DNA of 34,703 bases, taken from an uncultured Clostridia bacterium (lineage in GTDB: Bacteria; Bacillota; Clostridia; TANB77; CAG-465). The stretch spans positions 1 through 34,703 of the forward strand of contig CANRAK010000002.1 in NCBI GenBank assembly GCA_947628575.1. Direction: 5' to 3'. The notes under the pieces are model-generated. The model had not been told where the DNA came from, did not search any database, and saw only the letters and a program-made list of their open reading frames with translations. Positions 8,938 through 17,417 of this stretch are shown piece by piece. The position numbers were made by a program, and so were the translations under genes. Within the stretch, counting starts at the first letter, position 1. Every line of letters starts with the position of its first letter.

Positions 8938-8968
8938 CAAAATATAGGTATATATAAGAGGTGATATT

Positions 8969-9328
8969 ATGATAAATAAGGATAAATCTGGAAAAAGCTT
9001 AATATTACTTGCTATTGTAATTTGCGTTATGAGCTTAGCTTTAGTTTTTGTATGTAGATTTTTTTATAACAACGATACTACTACTGCGCAAGAAAAAGCT
9101 TTTAAAACTGTAGTATATGAATATTGTCAGGAAATAGAAAGCTACAAACAGCAGATATCAGACGACAAAGAAAAAGAACTAGAGGAAGTATGTGGTGTTG
9201 AACTTAAAGCAATAATACCAGATATTAACGATACAGATATGTCTAAATTTAAAATTGAAAATGGTAAACTTATATATATTGGAATGGATGCAAATGAAAT
9301 GCAATGGACACAGGAAGTAAAAATATAG
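8969..9328 (+). CDS. Hypothetical membrane-anchored small protein (119 aa)
   Basis: AGAGGTGA RBS. N-terminal TM segment SLILLAIVICVMSLALVFV followed by an acidic soluble domain. No recognised family. Confidence 0.55.
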   Translation: MINKDKSGKSLILLAIVICVMSLALVFVCRFFYNNDTTTAQEKAFKTVVYEYCQEIESYKQQISDDKEKELEEVCGVELKAIIPDINDTDMSKFKIENGKLIYIGMDANEMQWTQEVKI

Positions 9329-9352
9329 CAATAAAGGAAGGTTAGATATATT

Positions 9353-10744
9353 ATGAGAATGTATGAAATAATTGAGAAAAAAAGAGATAAATATGAGCTT
9401 TCAAAGCAGGAGATAGAATTCTTTGTTAATGGATATAGTAAAGGTGAAATACCAGACTATCAAGCATCAGCTTTACTTATGGCAATATACTTAAATGGTA
9501 TGAGTGATGAAGAACTAAAAAACTTAACTTTTGCAATGGCTAACTCAGCTAAAACACTAGATTTATCTAGTATAAAAGTACCAGGTAAATATATTGTAGA
9601 TAAGCACTCTACTGGTGGTGTAGGAGATAAGATAACACTTATTGTTCTACCAATTATAGCAGCACTTGGTGTTGGAGTATGTAAGATGAGTGGAAGAGGT
9701 CTTGGATTTACAGGAGGAACAGCAGATAAGCTAGAGTCAATTGTCGGATATAATGTAAATATCCCAATAAATGATGCGATAAGACAAGTTCAAGATATCG
9801 GTGTATGCTTAATATCTCAAAGTCCAGAAATAGCAATAGCAGATAAAAAAATATATGCACTTCGTGATAGCACAGCAACTGTTGAATCTATTGATCTTAT
9901 AGCTTCATCTATAATGTCTAAAAAGTTAGCTTCTGGCGTAGATAAAATACTTTTAGATGTAACTGTAGGTACAGGAGCATTTATGAAGACTTTAGAGGAT
10001 GCAAGAAAACTTGCTAAAACTATGGTAAGAATTGGAAAACTTGCAGGAGTAGAAACTAAAGCTGTTGTAACATCAATGAGTGAGCCACTTGGCAGAAATA
10101 TAGGAAACGCACTTGAGATTAAAGAAGTTATATCATTTCTTTTATCTGATGAAACAACTCTTGAAAGTGAAGAAATAAGAGATTTAAAAGAAATTGTATA
10201 TGAGATAGCAGCTCAGATGATAAAAATGTCAGGTGTATGTGGTGATATGGAGAAGAATAAGAAAGATATAACAAAAGCTATAACATCACATGCTGCTTAT
10301 GATAAATTTATAGATTTAATTAAAGCACAAGGTGGCCATATATATAATGTGTATATGGACTGGATAGGACTAAACTTAGATATGCCTGTATTAAATGATA
10401 AAGTAAAATACTTAAAGGAAATTCATGCCCAGTCTGATGGACATATAGTATCTATAGATAGTAAAAAAATAGGGGAAGCATTGGTAGCCCTTGGTGGAGG
10501 AAGAAATAGAAAAGAGGATAGCATAGATTATGCTGTAGGATTTGAATTTGCTAAAAAAGTTGGAGATAAAGTTAACGAGGGTGATACAATACTAACTGTA
10601 CTTTATAATGATAAAGAAAAATTTGAAAATGCTTTTGAGTATATTGAGGATGCTATCTATATAGATGATGTAGAACAAGATGTGGCTGTTGCATTAAAGA
10701 ATAAGCCTCATGTACTAGATATAATAGATGAAACAAATATATAA
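9353..10744 (+). CDS. pdp: Pyrimidine-nucleoside phosphorylase
   Basis: MRMYEIIEKKRD N-terminus; KHSTGGVGDK phosphate loop; GRGLGFTGGTADKLE. It has a C-terminal alpha/beta domain and is somewhat longer than the usual length of about 430 aa. Confidence 0.92.
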   Translation: MRMYEIIEKKRDKYELSKQEIEFFVNGYSKGEIPDYQASALLMAIYLNGMSDEELKNLTFAMANSAKTLDLSSIKVPGKYIVDKHSTGGVGDKITLIVLPIIAALGVGVCKMSGRGLGFTGGTADKLESIVGYNVNIPINDAIRQVQDIGVCLISQSPEIAIADKKIYALRDSTATVESIDLIASSIMSKKLASGVDKILLDVTVGTGAFMKTLEDARKLAKTMVRIGKLAGVETKAVVTSMSEPLGRNIGNALEIKEVISFLLSDETTLESEEIRDLKEIVYEIAAQMIKMSGVCGDMEKNKKDITKAITSHAAYDKFIDLIKAQGGHIYNVYMDWIGLNLDMPVLNDKVKYLKEIHAQSDGHIVSIDSKKIGEALVALGGGRNRKEDSIDYAVGFEFAKKVGDKVNEGDTILTVLYNDKEKFENAFEYIEDAIYIDDVEQDVAVALKNKPHVLDIIDETNI

Positions 10745-10751
10745 ATTACAT

Positions 10752-10781
10752 AAATACTGGTACTATATACCAGTATTTTTT
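10752..10781 (+). terminator. Intrinsic terminator after pdp
   Basis: AAATACTGGTA-CTATA-TACCAGTATTT followed by TTT. Confidence 0.85.
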
Positions 10782-10793
10782 AGAGAAAAAATA

Positions 10794-10822
10794 TTTACAC
10801 AATACATTCTCTGTGATAAAAT
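10794..10822 (+). promoter_or_regulatory. Sigma-A-type promoter for the CAP/Big_2/dockerin gene
   Basis: TTTACA (10794-10799), 17 nt, then TGaTAAAAT (10814-10822). Confidence 0.55.
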
Positions 10823-10905
10823 TATAGCGCATAAAATATAAAGAGTATTAATATCTTTATATTAAAAAATTAAATTTTATATTATGTAAGTAAATTGGAG
10901 GATTT

Positions 10906-13170
10906 ATGTTAAAGAAATATATTTTTATGGTATTAGCATTAATTATTATATTAAACCCGGTAGTAATTGCTGTTGATACCTTTAGAGTAACAACAATAGG
11001 TACTTATGATTTTGATAATGCACATAGAGTATTAGAACTTGTAAATGAGGAAAGAAATAAAGTTGGACTAAACTCTTTAAAGCTAGATACTGAGCTAACA
11101 GAGTTAGCAATGCAAAGAGCAGCTGAACTTGCAATTTTTAATAACCACATGCGTCCTTTTGATATTACTACTGTTACAGCTGGAGCAGAAAATATAGCTG
11201 CTGGACAGTCTACACCTGAGATTGTTATGCAGCAGTGGATGAATTCACCTGGACATAAACGTCAAATTGTTCCTGTTGATGAATATGATGATGGAGCATG
11301 TAAAAGTTGGAAATCTATGGGTATTGCTTGCTATGATTGTGGAGATTATCTAACTTGGGTACAACTTTTCTCAGGAAAAGAAACTAGTAATGAATTTACT
11401 AAAAAAGGTAAATTGGATAAAAATGTAGATGTTGATGTAATGACTAGTAAATTAGAAGCACTAAGTAATAAAGATGGTCAAATTGCATTATATTATACTA
11501 CTCTTGGTGCATCAAATTTAAAAATTAAAAGTGGAGAAAAACTAAATTTAGTAGGATTAAAATTTAGAAATCTAGATAAAAATTGGCAAAATTACTCTTT
11601 AATAACACCAGAAAGTGTTAAGTTTACTACAACAGATGAAGGTGTATGTTCAGTAGGAAGTGATGGAACAATAACTGCTGTTGGGCCAGGAAATGCTACT
11701 ATAACTGCTACATTAGGAATTGTACAAGATAGTGTAAATGTAAAAGTTGAAAATCCGCTTAAGAGTATATCATTACCTAGTAGTATAAATATAACTAATA
11801 ATAAACCACAAAAGCTTAGTGTTACATATAATGCAGAAAACCCTAAATATGATACTACAGATAATAAAGATGTAGTATGGAAGTCATTAAATCCTAGTAT
11901 TGCAGATGTAGATAATGATGGAAATGTAACAGGATATAGAGCAGGTTCTACACAAATAGTAGCAACTGTAGGTGATTTAACTGCAACTTGTAATGTAACA
12001 GTTACAGTTGAAATTGAAAAAATAGAGTTATATACAAGTAGAATAAATACATACAAAAATCAAACAATTGCACCTTTAACAGTAAAATACTATCCTGAAG
12101 ATAGCTCAAATAAAGGTGTAACATGGTCAACAGATAGGGAAGATATAGTATCAATTGACCCAGACGGTACAATGCACACTAAAGCATCAGGTACAGCAAT
12201 AATTACAGCTACTACAAAAAATGGTAAGACAGCATCTTGTAGTGTTAATGTATCAAATATAAGAATATCTTTAAATTATTCTAGATATACAATAGATAGT
12301 ATGACTGAACCACTAAAGCTAACAGCTTCACTAAGTGATGGTGGTCAAACTACTATTAATTGGAGCTCAAGTTGTGAGGATATTATTACTGTAGATGATA
12401 ATGGTAATGTTACACCTAAAAGAGGAGGAATAGCAGATATTATAGCTGAATCTAGCGAATATGGAACAGCTTCATGTGAGATATATGTTAGAGTACCTAT
12501 AGAATTAGAAGATGGTAGTAAAGCATATACTGGCGATTTAAATAAAGATGGTGTATTTGACAGTCAAGATATAGATGAGATGACTAAGATATTTATTAAA
12601 GGAAAGTCAACAAAATATGAATTATTCCTTGCAGATTTAGATAATAATGGTGTTGTTGATACAGCAGATATTGCTCTTCTAAATAATATAATAAGATATA
12701 ATATATATACACCTGGTGAATATAGACATATAGAAAGTATAAATTTTAAAGATAATGAAATAACTTTAAATAAGGATGAAACAAGAACAATTTTACCTAT
12801 TATAACTCCAGAAGATACTACTGATAGTACTAGATTAACTTTTAACTCTAATAACGATGGAGTTGTACAAGTAGAAAAAGATGGAAAAATAATTGCTAAA
12901 AAACAAGGAACAGCAATTATTACAGCAAGCTTAAGTAACGGTATGAGTGCAAATTATACTGTTAAAGTAAATGAATATAAAAAAGGTGATGTAGATAAAA
13001 GTGGTGTTGTAGATGCAGTAGATGCATCAAAAGTACTAACACTATTTAAAAACCAAAATGCAACGCAGGAAGAACTATACTTAGGAGATGTAGATGGAAC
13101 ACCAGGACTTAGTGCAGTAGATGCTATGACTATACTTACAGCATTTAAAAATAAAACAAGTTTAGACTAA
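10906..13170 (+). CDS. Secreted multidomain protein: signal peptide, CAP/SCP (YkwD-like) domain, five Big_2 Ig-like domains and two dockerin modules
   Basis: Signal peptide MLKKYIFMVLALIIILNPVVIAV. CAP motifs: NEERNKVGLNSL, ENIAAGQSTPEIVMQQWMNSPGHKRQI. Five repeats of the Big_2 pattern (for example VTWSTDREDIVSIDPDGTMHTKASGTAIITATTKNGKTASCSVNV). Dockerin Ca-loop pairs: GDLNKDGVFDSQD / ADLDNNGVVDTAD (12532-12700) and GDVDKSGVVDAVD / GDVDGTPGLSAVD (12985-13150). Confidence 0.85.
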   Translation: MLKKYIFMVLALIIILNPVVIAVDTFRVTTIGTYDFDNAHRVLELVNEERNKVGLNSLKLDTELTELAMQRAAELAIFNNHMRPFDITTVTAGAENIAAGQSTPEIVMQQWMNSPGHKRQIVPVDEYDDGACKSWKSMGIACYDCGDYLTWVQLFSGKETSNEFTKKGKLDKNVDVDVMTSKLEALSNKDGQIALYYTTLGASNLKIKSGEKLNLVGLKFRNLDKNWQNYSLITPESVKFTTTDEGVCSVGSDGTITAVGPGNATITATLGIVQDSVNVKVENPLKSISLPSSINITNNKPQKLSVTYNAENPKYDTTDNKDVVWKSLNPSIADVDNDGNVTGYRAGSTQIVATVGDLTATCNVTVTVEIEKIELYTSRINTYKNQTIAPLTVKYYPEDSSNKGVTWSTDREDIVSIDPDGTMHTKASGTAIITATTKNGKTASCSVNVSNIRISLNYSRYTIDSMTEPLKLTASLSDGGQTTINWSSSCEDIITVDDNGNVTPKRGGIADIIAESSEYGTASCEIYVRVPIELEDGSKAYTGDLNKDGVFDSQDIDEMTKIFIKGKSTKYELFLADLDNNGVVDTADIALLNNIIRYNIYTPGEYRHIESINFKDNEITLNKDETRTILPIITPEDTTDSTRLTFNSNNDGVVQVEKDGKIIAKKQGTAIITASLSNGMSANYTVKVNEYKKGDVDKSGVVDAVDASKVLTLFKNQNATQEELYLGDVDGTPGLSAVDAMTILTAFKNKTSLD

Positions 13171-13196
13171 AAAATCAAAATTTTATACATAAAATA

Positions 13197-13225
13197 TTGA
13201 AATTTGAAATTATTTGTGGTAAAAT
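13197..13225 (+). promoter_or_regulatory. Promoter-like element inside the 3' flank of the dockerin gene
   Basis: TTGAAA (13197-13202), 17 nt, then TGgTAAAAT (13217-13225). Confidence 0.4.
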
Positions 13226-13231
13226 TTAGAT

Positions 13232-13295
13232 GTAATCGTTAAGATTACTGTATATTAAAACTTTATTCAAAAAGAGGCGAAAGCCTCTTATTTTA
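13232..13295 (+). ncRNA. Candidate small RNA (about 60 nt) bounded by the 13197 promoter and the 13271 terminator
   Basis: A 5' hairpin GTAATC-GTTAA-GATTAC (13232-13248), an AU-rich linker, then the terminator hairpin. The only ORF is ATG-TAA. It could equally be the 3' UTR of the upstream gene. Confidence 0.25.
13271..13295 (+). terminator. Intrinsic terminator (second copy of the AAAGAGGCGAAAGCCTCTT hairpin)
   Basis: AAGAGGC-GAAA-GCCTCTT followed by ATTTTATT. Confidence 0.8.
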
Positions 13296-13323
13296 TTGTT
13301 TGACATATATTTTAGTGTATTTC

Positions 13324-13352
13324 TTGAAAACAGCTACATTTTGTAGTATTAT
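13324..13352 (+). promoter_or_regulatory. Sigma-A-type promoter for the ybaK-like ... mazG-like operon
   Basis: TTGAAA (13324-13329), 17 nt, then TATTAT (13347-13352). The spacer contains the palindrome CTACA-TTT-TGTAG. Confidence 0.6.
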
Positions 13353-13375
13353 ATATATGTAAAAAGGGAGAAAAA

Positions 13376-13864
13376 ATGGAAGAAGTAATAGAGGTATTTA
13401 AAAAGCTAAATATTGAATATAGCATAATGAGACATCCTGCTATTTTTAATAGAAAAGATGAAGAAAAGTTAGACGGAATAAAGTTTGAAGGGGAATGTTG
13501 TAAAAACTTATTTCTAAAAGATAAAAAAGATAATACTTTCTATCTTGTATCTTTACCTGTAACAAAAAAAGCAGATTTAAAAAAGATATCTGAACAAATA
13601 GAGTCACATAGATTATCTTTTGGTAATGCTGATGAATTACAAGAAAAGCTAAATATAAAACCAGGCTCAGTGTCTATACTTAATGTAATATGCTCACCTG
13701 ATACTGATGTTATATTTATTATAGATAAAGAGTTATTAAATGTAGAAAAAGTAACTTTTCATCCAAATGATAATACAGCAAGTATTACTTTTACTCCTGA
13801 AAATATAGTTAAAATAATGAATAATTATAATAAAAAATATATGTTTATAGATGTGGAGGCATAG
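13376..13864 (+). CDS. YbaK/ProX-family aminoacyl-tRNA deacylase (prolyl-tRNA editing domain protein)
   Basis: 162 aa. Family-typical segments are CKNLFLKDKK..FYLV, KKADLKK and GSVSIL..., which fit the free-standing INS/YbaK fold. Confidence 0.75.
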   Translation: MEEVIEVFKKLNIEYSIMRHPAIFNRKDEEKLDGIKFEGECCKNLFLKDKKDNTFYLVSLPVTKKADLKKISEQIESHRLSFGNADELQEKLNIKPGSVSILNVICSPDTDVIFIIDKELLNVEKVTFHPNDNTASITFTPENIVKIMNNYNKKYMFIDVEA

Positions 13865-13866
13865 TT

Positions 13867-14454
13867 GTGAGGATAATAGCAGGTAAATCGAAAGCTAAAA
13901 GATTAATTAGTCCTAAAACTGATAAGACTAGACCTACTTTAGATAGAGTTAAAGAGGCGTTATTTTCAATAATAACTAATTATATAAAAGATGCAAATGT
14001 TTTGGACTTATTTGGTGGAACTGGTAATCTTGCATTAGAGGCTATTAGTAGAGGTGCAAAATTTGCATGGATAAATGATAAAGAAAGCCTTAGTATTTCT
14101 ACGATATTGTCAAATGTTAAGTTGACTAAAGCACAAGAATATGTTAAAATAACAAAGAAAGATTATGCAAAGTGTTTAAATCAAATTCTTAAGGAGGATA
14201 TGTTATTTGATATTATATTTTTAGACCCACCTTATGATAGTAATTGTGGCATTGATACTTTAAATATAATATCTGAATCTGAAGATAAATTTTTAGATAA
14301 GGAAGGCATAATTATATACGAAACAGATAAAAGTTTTCTTTTGAAGCTAGAAAAAAATAATAAAGCAGAAATTCTAAATAGTTTTAAAAATCTGCAATGT
14401 ATTGATGAACGAGCTTATGGAAATGTAGTTTTGAAGATGTATAAATGGAGGTAG
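13867..14454 (+). CDS. rsmD: 16S rRNA (guanine966-N2)-methyltransferase RsmD
   Basis: GTG start after a GTGGAGG RBS. Motifs: MRIIAGKSKAKRL..P....RPTLDRVKEALFSI; SAM motif DLFGGTGNLALEA; FLDPPY. Confidence 0.88.
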   Translation: MRIIAGKSKAKRLISPKTDKTRPTLDRVKEALFSIITNYIKDANVLDLFGGTGNLALEAISRGAKFAWINDKESLSISTILSNVKLTKAQEYVKITKKDYAKCLNQILKEDMLFDIIFLDPPYDSNCGIDTLNIISESEDKFLDKEGIIIYETDKSFLLKLEKNNKAEILNSFKNLQCIDERAYGNVVLKMYKWR

Positions 14455-14458
14455 TAAA

Positions 14459-14896
14459 ATGGAAGTATTCACATTGTTAGAGAATTTAGAAGAAATATTA
14501 GAATCAGGTTCTAAAGTGCCTTTTTCTACTAAGGTTATGGTAGATGCAGAAGAATTAAGAGAGATAATTGAGGATATAAGACTAAAATTACCAGATGAAT
14601 TAAAACAAGCTAAATGGGTAAAAGAAGAAAGACAAAGAATTATATCTGACGCAGAATTTGAGGCACAAAAAGTATTAAAAGAAGCAGAAGGTAAGATTAT
14701 AAACTTAATAGATGAACATGAAATAACAAAGCAAGCATTGGCTCAAAAAGAAGAAATAATAGAAAATGCTAATAAAGTATCTAGAGAAATATCTGAAGGC
14801 ACAAGAGAGTATGCTGACGGAATATTAGAAAAAGTAGAAGGGATTCTTAGAGAAACTATGGATTTAGTTCATAGTAATAGAAGAGAATTAAAATAA
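14459..14896 (+). CDS. Coiled-coil protein of unknown function (resembles ATPase subunit H/b-like annotated ORFs)
   Basis: 145 aa, strongly charged with heptad-like stretches (EELREIIEDIRLKLPDELKQAKWVKEERQRII...). It occupies the position where coaD usually follows rsmD. Confidence 0.45.
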   Translation: MEVFTLLENLEEILESGSKVPFSTKVMVDAEELREIIEDIRLKLPDELKQAKWVKEERQRIISDAEFEAQKVLKEAEGKIINLIDEHEITKQALAQKEEIIENANKVSREISEGTREYADGILEKVEGILRETMDLVHSNRRELK

Positions 14897-14924
14897 TTAA
14901 TGTAAATGTAGAGGTTGTGATTGG

Positions 14925-17402
14925 ATGAGTAAGAGAAGAGGTAGACCAAGTAAAAAAGAGCAAAAAACTATAACTAATGATGTACTAGGTGGATTTCTTA
15001 TTGTCATTGGTCTAATTCTAGTTGTTTTTATAGGTTTTAAAAATGTAGGAAGTTTTGCGCAAATTTGTAAAATCTTCTTTTTAGGAGTATTGGGAAATTC
15101 TGCGTATACTTTCCCAATACTTTTAATGATTATTGGGACTTATTGTATTTTATCTGAAAAGAAAGTTAAGCCTTTAAATGAATTAAAAAAAGGAATTATA
15201 ATAATAGCTTTAATAGCAGCTACACTTACAGTATATACACAAAGTAATGTAAATATTTACTCAAACCCTATTAAAGTTATAGTAGACAGTGTAAATGCTG
15301 GAATCTCAAACCTTAATTATGGAGGAGCAATAGGTACAATTATAGGGGGAGCTATTGCAGGAGTTATTGGTATTATACCTGCAAGAATTATACTACCTAT
15401 AGTTACATTTATACTTGCACTATTTGTTTGTAATGTATCTTTCAAACAGTTTTTTGGTGCAGTTTCATATAGTGCTAGCTATATAGCAGATCACTTAAAT
15501 ATGCTTGTAAATACATTATTTAGAGATGATGAAGTAAAACGTTATGAATATACAGATAACTTTGGTAATAAAGTACCAAAACTATCTAGAAGAGAAAAAG
15601 CAAAGATTGAAAAAGAACAAGAAAGACAGCAAAAACTAAGAGAACCAGGTAGTGCAAATGTTGATGAAAATTTAAATGTAGATAGAACTGAGCAAGTAGA
15701 GTTTGACTTTAATAAATTAGGTGGAAAGCCTAGTGAAGCTGAAATAAAAGGAAAACAAAAAAGAGATGAATTCTTTAAACTTCAAAAAGAAGAAAAAGAA
15801 GATAAGAGTGTAAAAGAAGTACTAACATTAGACCATACTACCCATGTTGAAGATGATAATTATACATTTCCATCAATTGAACTACTATCTGAGCCTAAAG
15901 AAGGCGAGGTTTTTGATAGAAAAGCTATACATTCAGTTGCAGTAAGACTACAAAAAACACTTGCAAGCTTTGGTGTAGATGCAAGAGTTACAAATATAAC
16001 AAAAGGACCAACTGTAACAAGATATGAGCTTACTCCTAGCACAGGTGTTAAAGTTAGTAAAATAGTTAACCTATCAGATGATATAGCACTAAATCTAGCT
16101 GCTAAGTCTATAAGAATTGAAGCACCTATACCAGGTAAAGCAGCTGTCGGTATTGAAGTACCAAATGCAACTGCAGAATCTGTAATGTTAAGAGAAGTAA
16201 TTGAATCTGATACATTTAAAAATCATAAATCTAAACTTGCGTATGCACTTGGTAAAGATGCTGCAGGAGAAGTATGCGTAGGAGATATAGCTAAAATGCC
16301 ACACATGCTTATTGCAGGTGCTACAGGTTCAGGTAAGAGTGTATGTATCAATTCAATAATAGTATCTATACTATATAAAGCAAAACCAAGTGAAGTAAAA
16401 ATGATACTTGTTGACCCTAAAATGGTTGAACTATCTGGATATAACGGTATTCCTCATTTATTAATACCTGTTGTAACTGACCCTAAAAAAGCTGCTGGTG
16501 CACTTAATTGGGCAGTACAAGAAATGGTTAATAGATATAATCTATTTGCTTCTAAAGGTGTTAAAGATATAAAAGGATATAATGCTGTTATGGAAAAAGA
16601 GGAAGAAGGAGTAAAACTTCCTCAAATAGTAATTATAATAGATGAACTTGCAGATTTAATGATGGTAGCACCAAATGATGTTGAAGATGCAATTTGTAGA
16701 CTTGCACAGATGGCAAGAGCTGCAGGAATGCATTTAGTTATAGCTACACAAAGACCATCTGTTGATGTAATTACTGGTATAATTAAGGCTAATATACCAT
16801 CACGTATTGCATTTACTGTTTCATCTCAGGTAGACTCTAGAACTATACTAGATATGGCAGGTGCAGAAAAGCTACTTGGTAAAGGAGATATGTTATATTT
16901 CCCTGTAGGTGAGACTAAGCCTTTAAGAATGCAAGGTACTTTTATATCTGAAAGCGAGATAGAAAATATTGTTGAAGAAATAAAAGGAAATACAAATGTA
17001 AATTATAACAATGAAATAATAGAGAGCATAGAAAAATCTAATGGAAAAGCTGCAAAACCTGGTGAAGATGATGAGCAAGATGATGCAGATGAATTATTAG
17101 ATGATGCAATAGATCTAGTAATGAATATGGGTCAAGCATCCGCTTCTATGCTTCAAAGAAAATTTAAAATTGGATATTCTAGGGCTGGAAGAATTGTAGA
17201 TCAAATGGAAGCAAGAGGATTAATTTCTGGATATGATGGTAGTAAGCCAAGACAAGTATTAATTACAAAAGAGGAATGGCAAGAATTAAAAATGGGTAAT
17301 GTACCACAATCTAGTGAAGAGACTAGTAATATGAGTGAAGAAGCATCTGCTGATAATGTAGAAGATATGCAAAAAAAGTCAAATATAGATATAGAATTAT
17401 AA
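14925..17402 (+). CDS. ftsK: DNA translocase FtsK/SpoIIIE
   Basis: N-terminal TM segments, a linker, Walker A GATGSGKS, Walker B IIIDELADL, and a gamma winged-helix domain (ASASMLQRKFKIGYSRAGRIVDQMEARGLI). An acidic tail of about 50 aa follows. Confidence 0.93.
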   Translation: MSKRRGRPSKKEQKTITNDVLGGFLIVIGLILVVFIGFKNVGSFAQICKIFFLGVLGNSAYTFPILLMIIGTYCILSEKKVKPLNELKKGIIIIALIAATLTVYTQSNVNIYSNPIKVIVDSVNAGISNLNYGGAIGTIIGGAIAGVIGIIPARIILPIVTFILALFVCNVSFKQFFGAVSYSASYIADHLNMLVNTLFRDDEVKRYEYTDNFGNKVPKLSRREKAKIEKEQERQQKLREPGSANVDENLNVDRTEQVEFDFNKLGGKPSEAEIKGKQKRDEFFKLQKEEKEDKSVKEVLTLDHTTHVEDDNYTFPSIELLSEPKEGEVFDRKAIHSVAVRLQKTLASFGVDARVTNITKGPTVTRYELTPSTGVKVSKIVNLSDDIALNLAAKSIRIEAPIPGKAAVGIEVPNATAESVMLREVIESDTFKNHKSKLAYALGKDAAGEVCVGDIAKMPHMLIAGATGSGKSVCINSIIVSILYKAKPSEVKMILVDPKMVELSGYNGIPHLLIPVVTDPKKAAGALNWAVQEMVNRYNLFASKGVKDIKGYNAVMEKEEEGVKLPQIVIIIDELADLMMVAPNDVEDAICRLAQMARAAGMHLVIATQRPSVDVITGIIKANIPSRIAFTVSSQVDSRTILDMAGAEKLLGKGDMLYFPVGETKPLRMQGTFISESEIENIVEEIKGNTNVNYNNEIIESIEKSNGKAAKPGEDDEQDDADELLDDAIDLVMNMGQASASMLQRKFKIGYSRAGRIVDQMEARGLISGYDGSKPRQVLITKEEWQELKMGNVPQSSEETSNMSEEASADNVEDMQKKSNIDIEL

Positions 17403-17417
17403 TGGAGGATTATTAAA

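Noticed and set aside
8835-8968. A possible T-box or riboswitch leader upstream of asnB on the minus strand.
   Set aside because: The divergent intergenic region is only 134 nt and is shared with the orf119 promoter. The asnB leader implied by a TTTACT, 17 nt, TATAAT promoter is only about 20-25 nt, too short for a T-box. I saw no specifier or antiterminator-like structure.
11592-12056. A 154-aa minus-strand ORF inside the CAP/Big_2/dockerin gene. That is long for an AT-rich genome.
   Set aside because: It is antisense to Thr/Val/Ser-rich Big_2 repeats, whose codons avoid reverse-strand stops. The peptide is a low-complexity mirror of those repeats, and there are no start signals.
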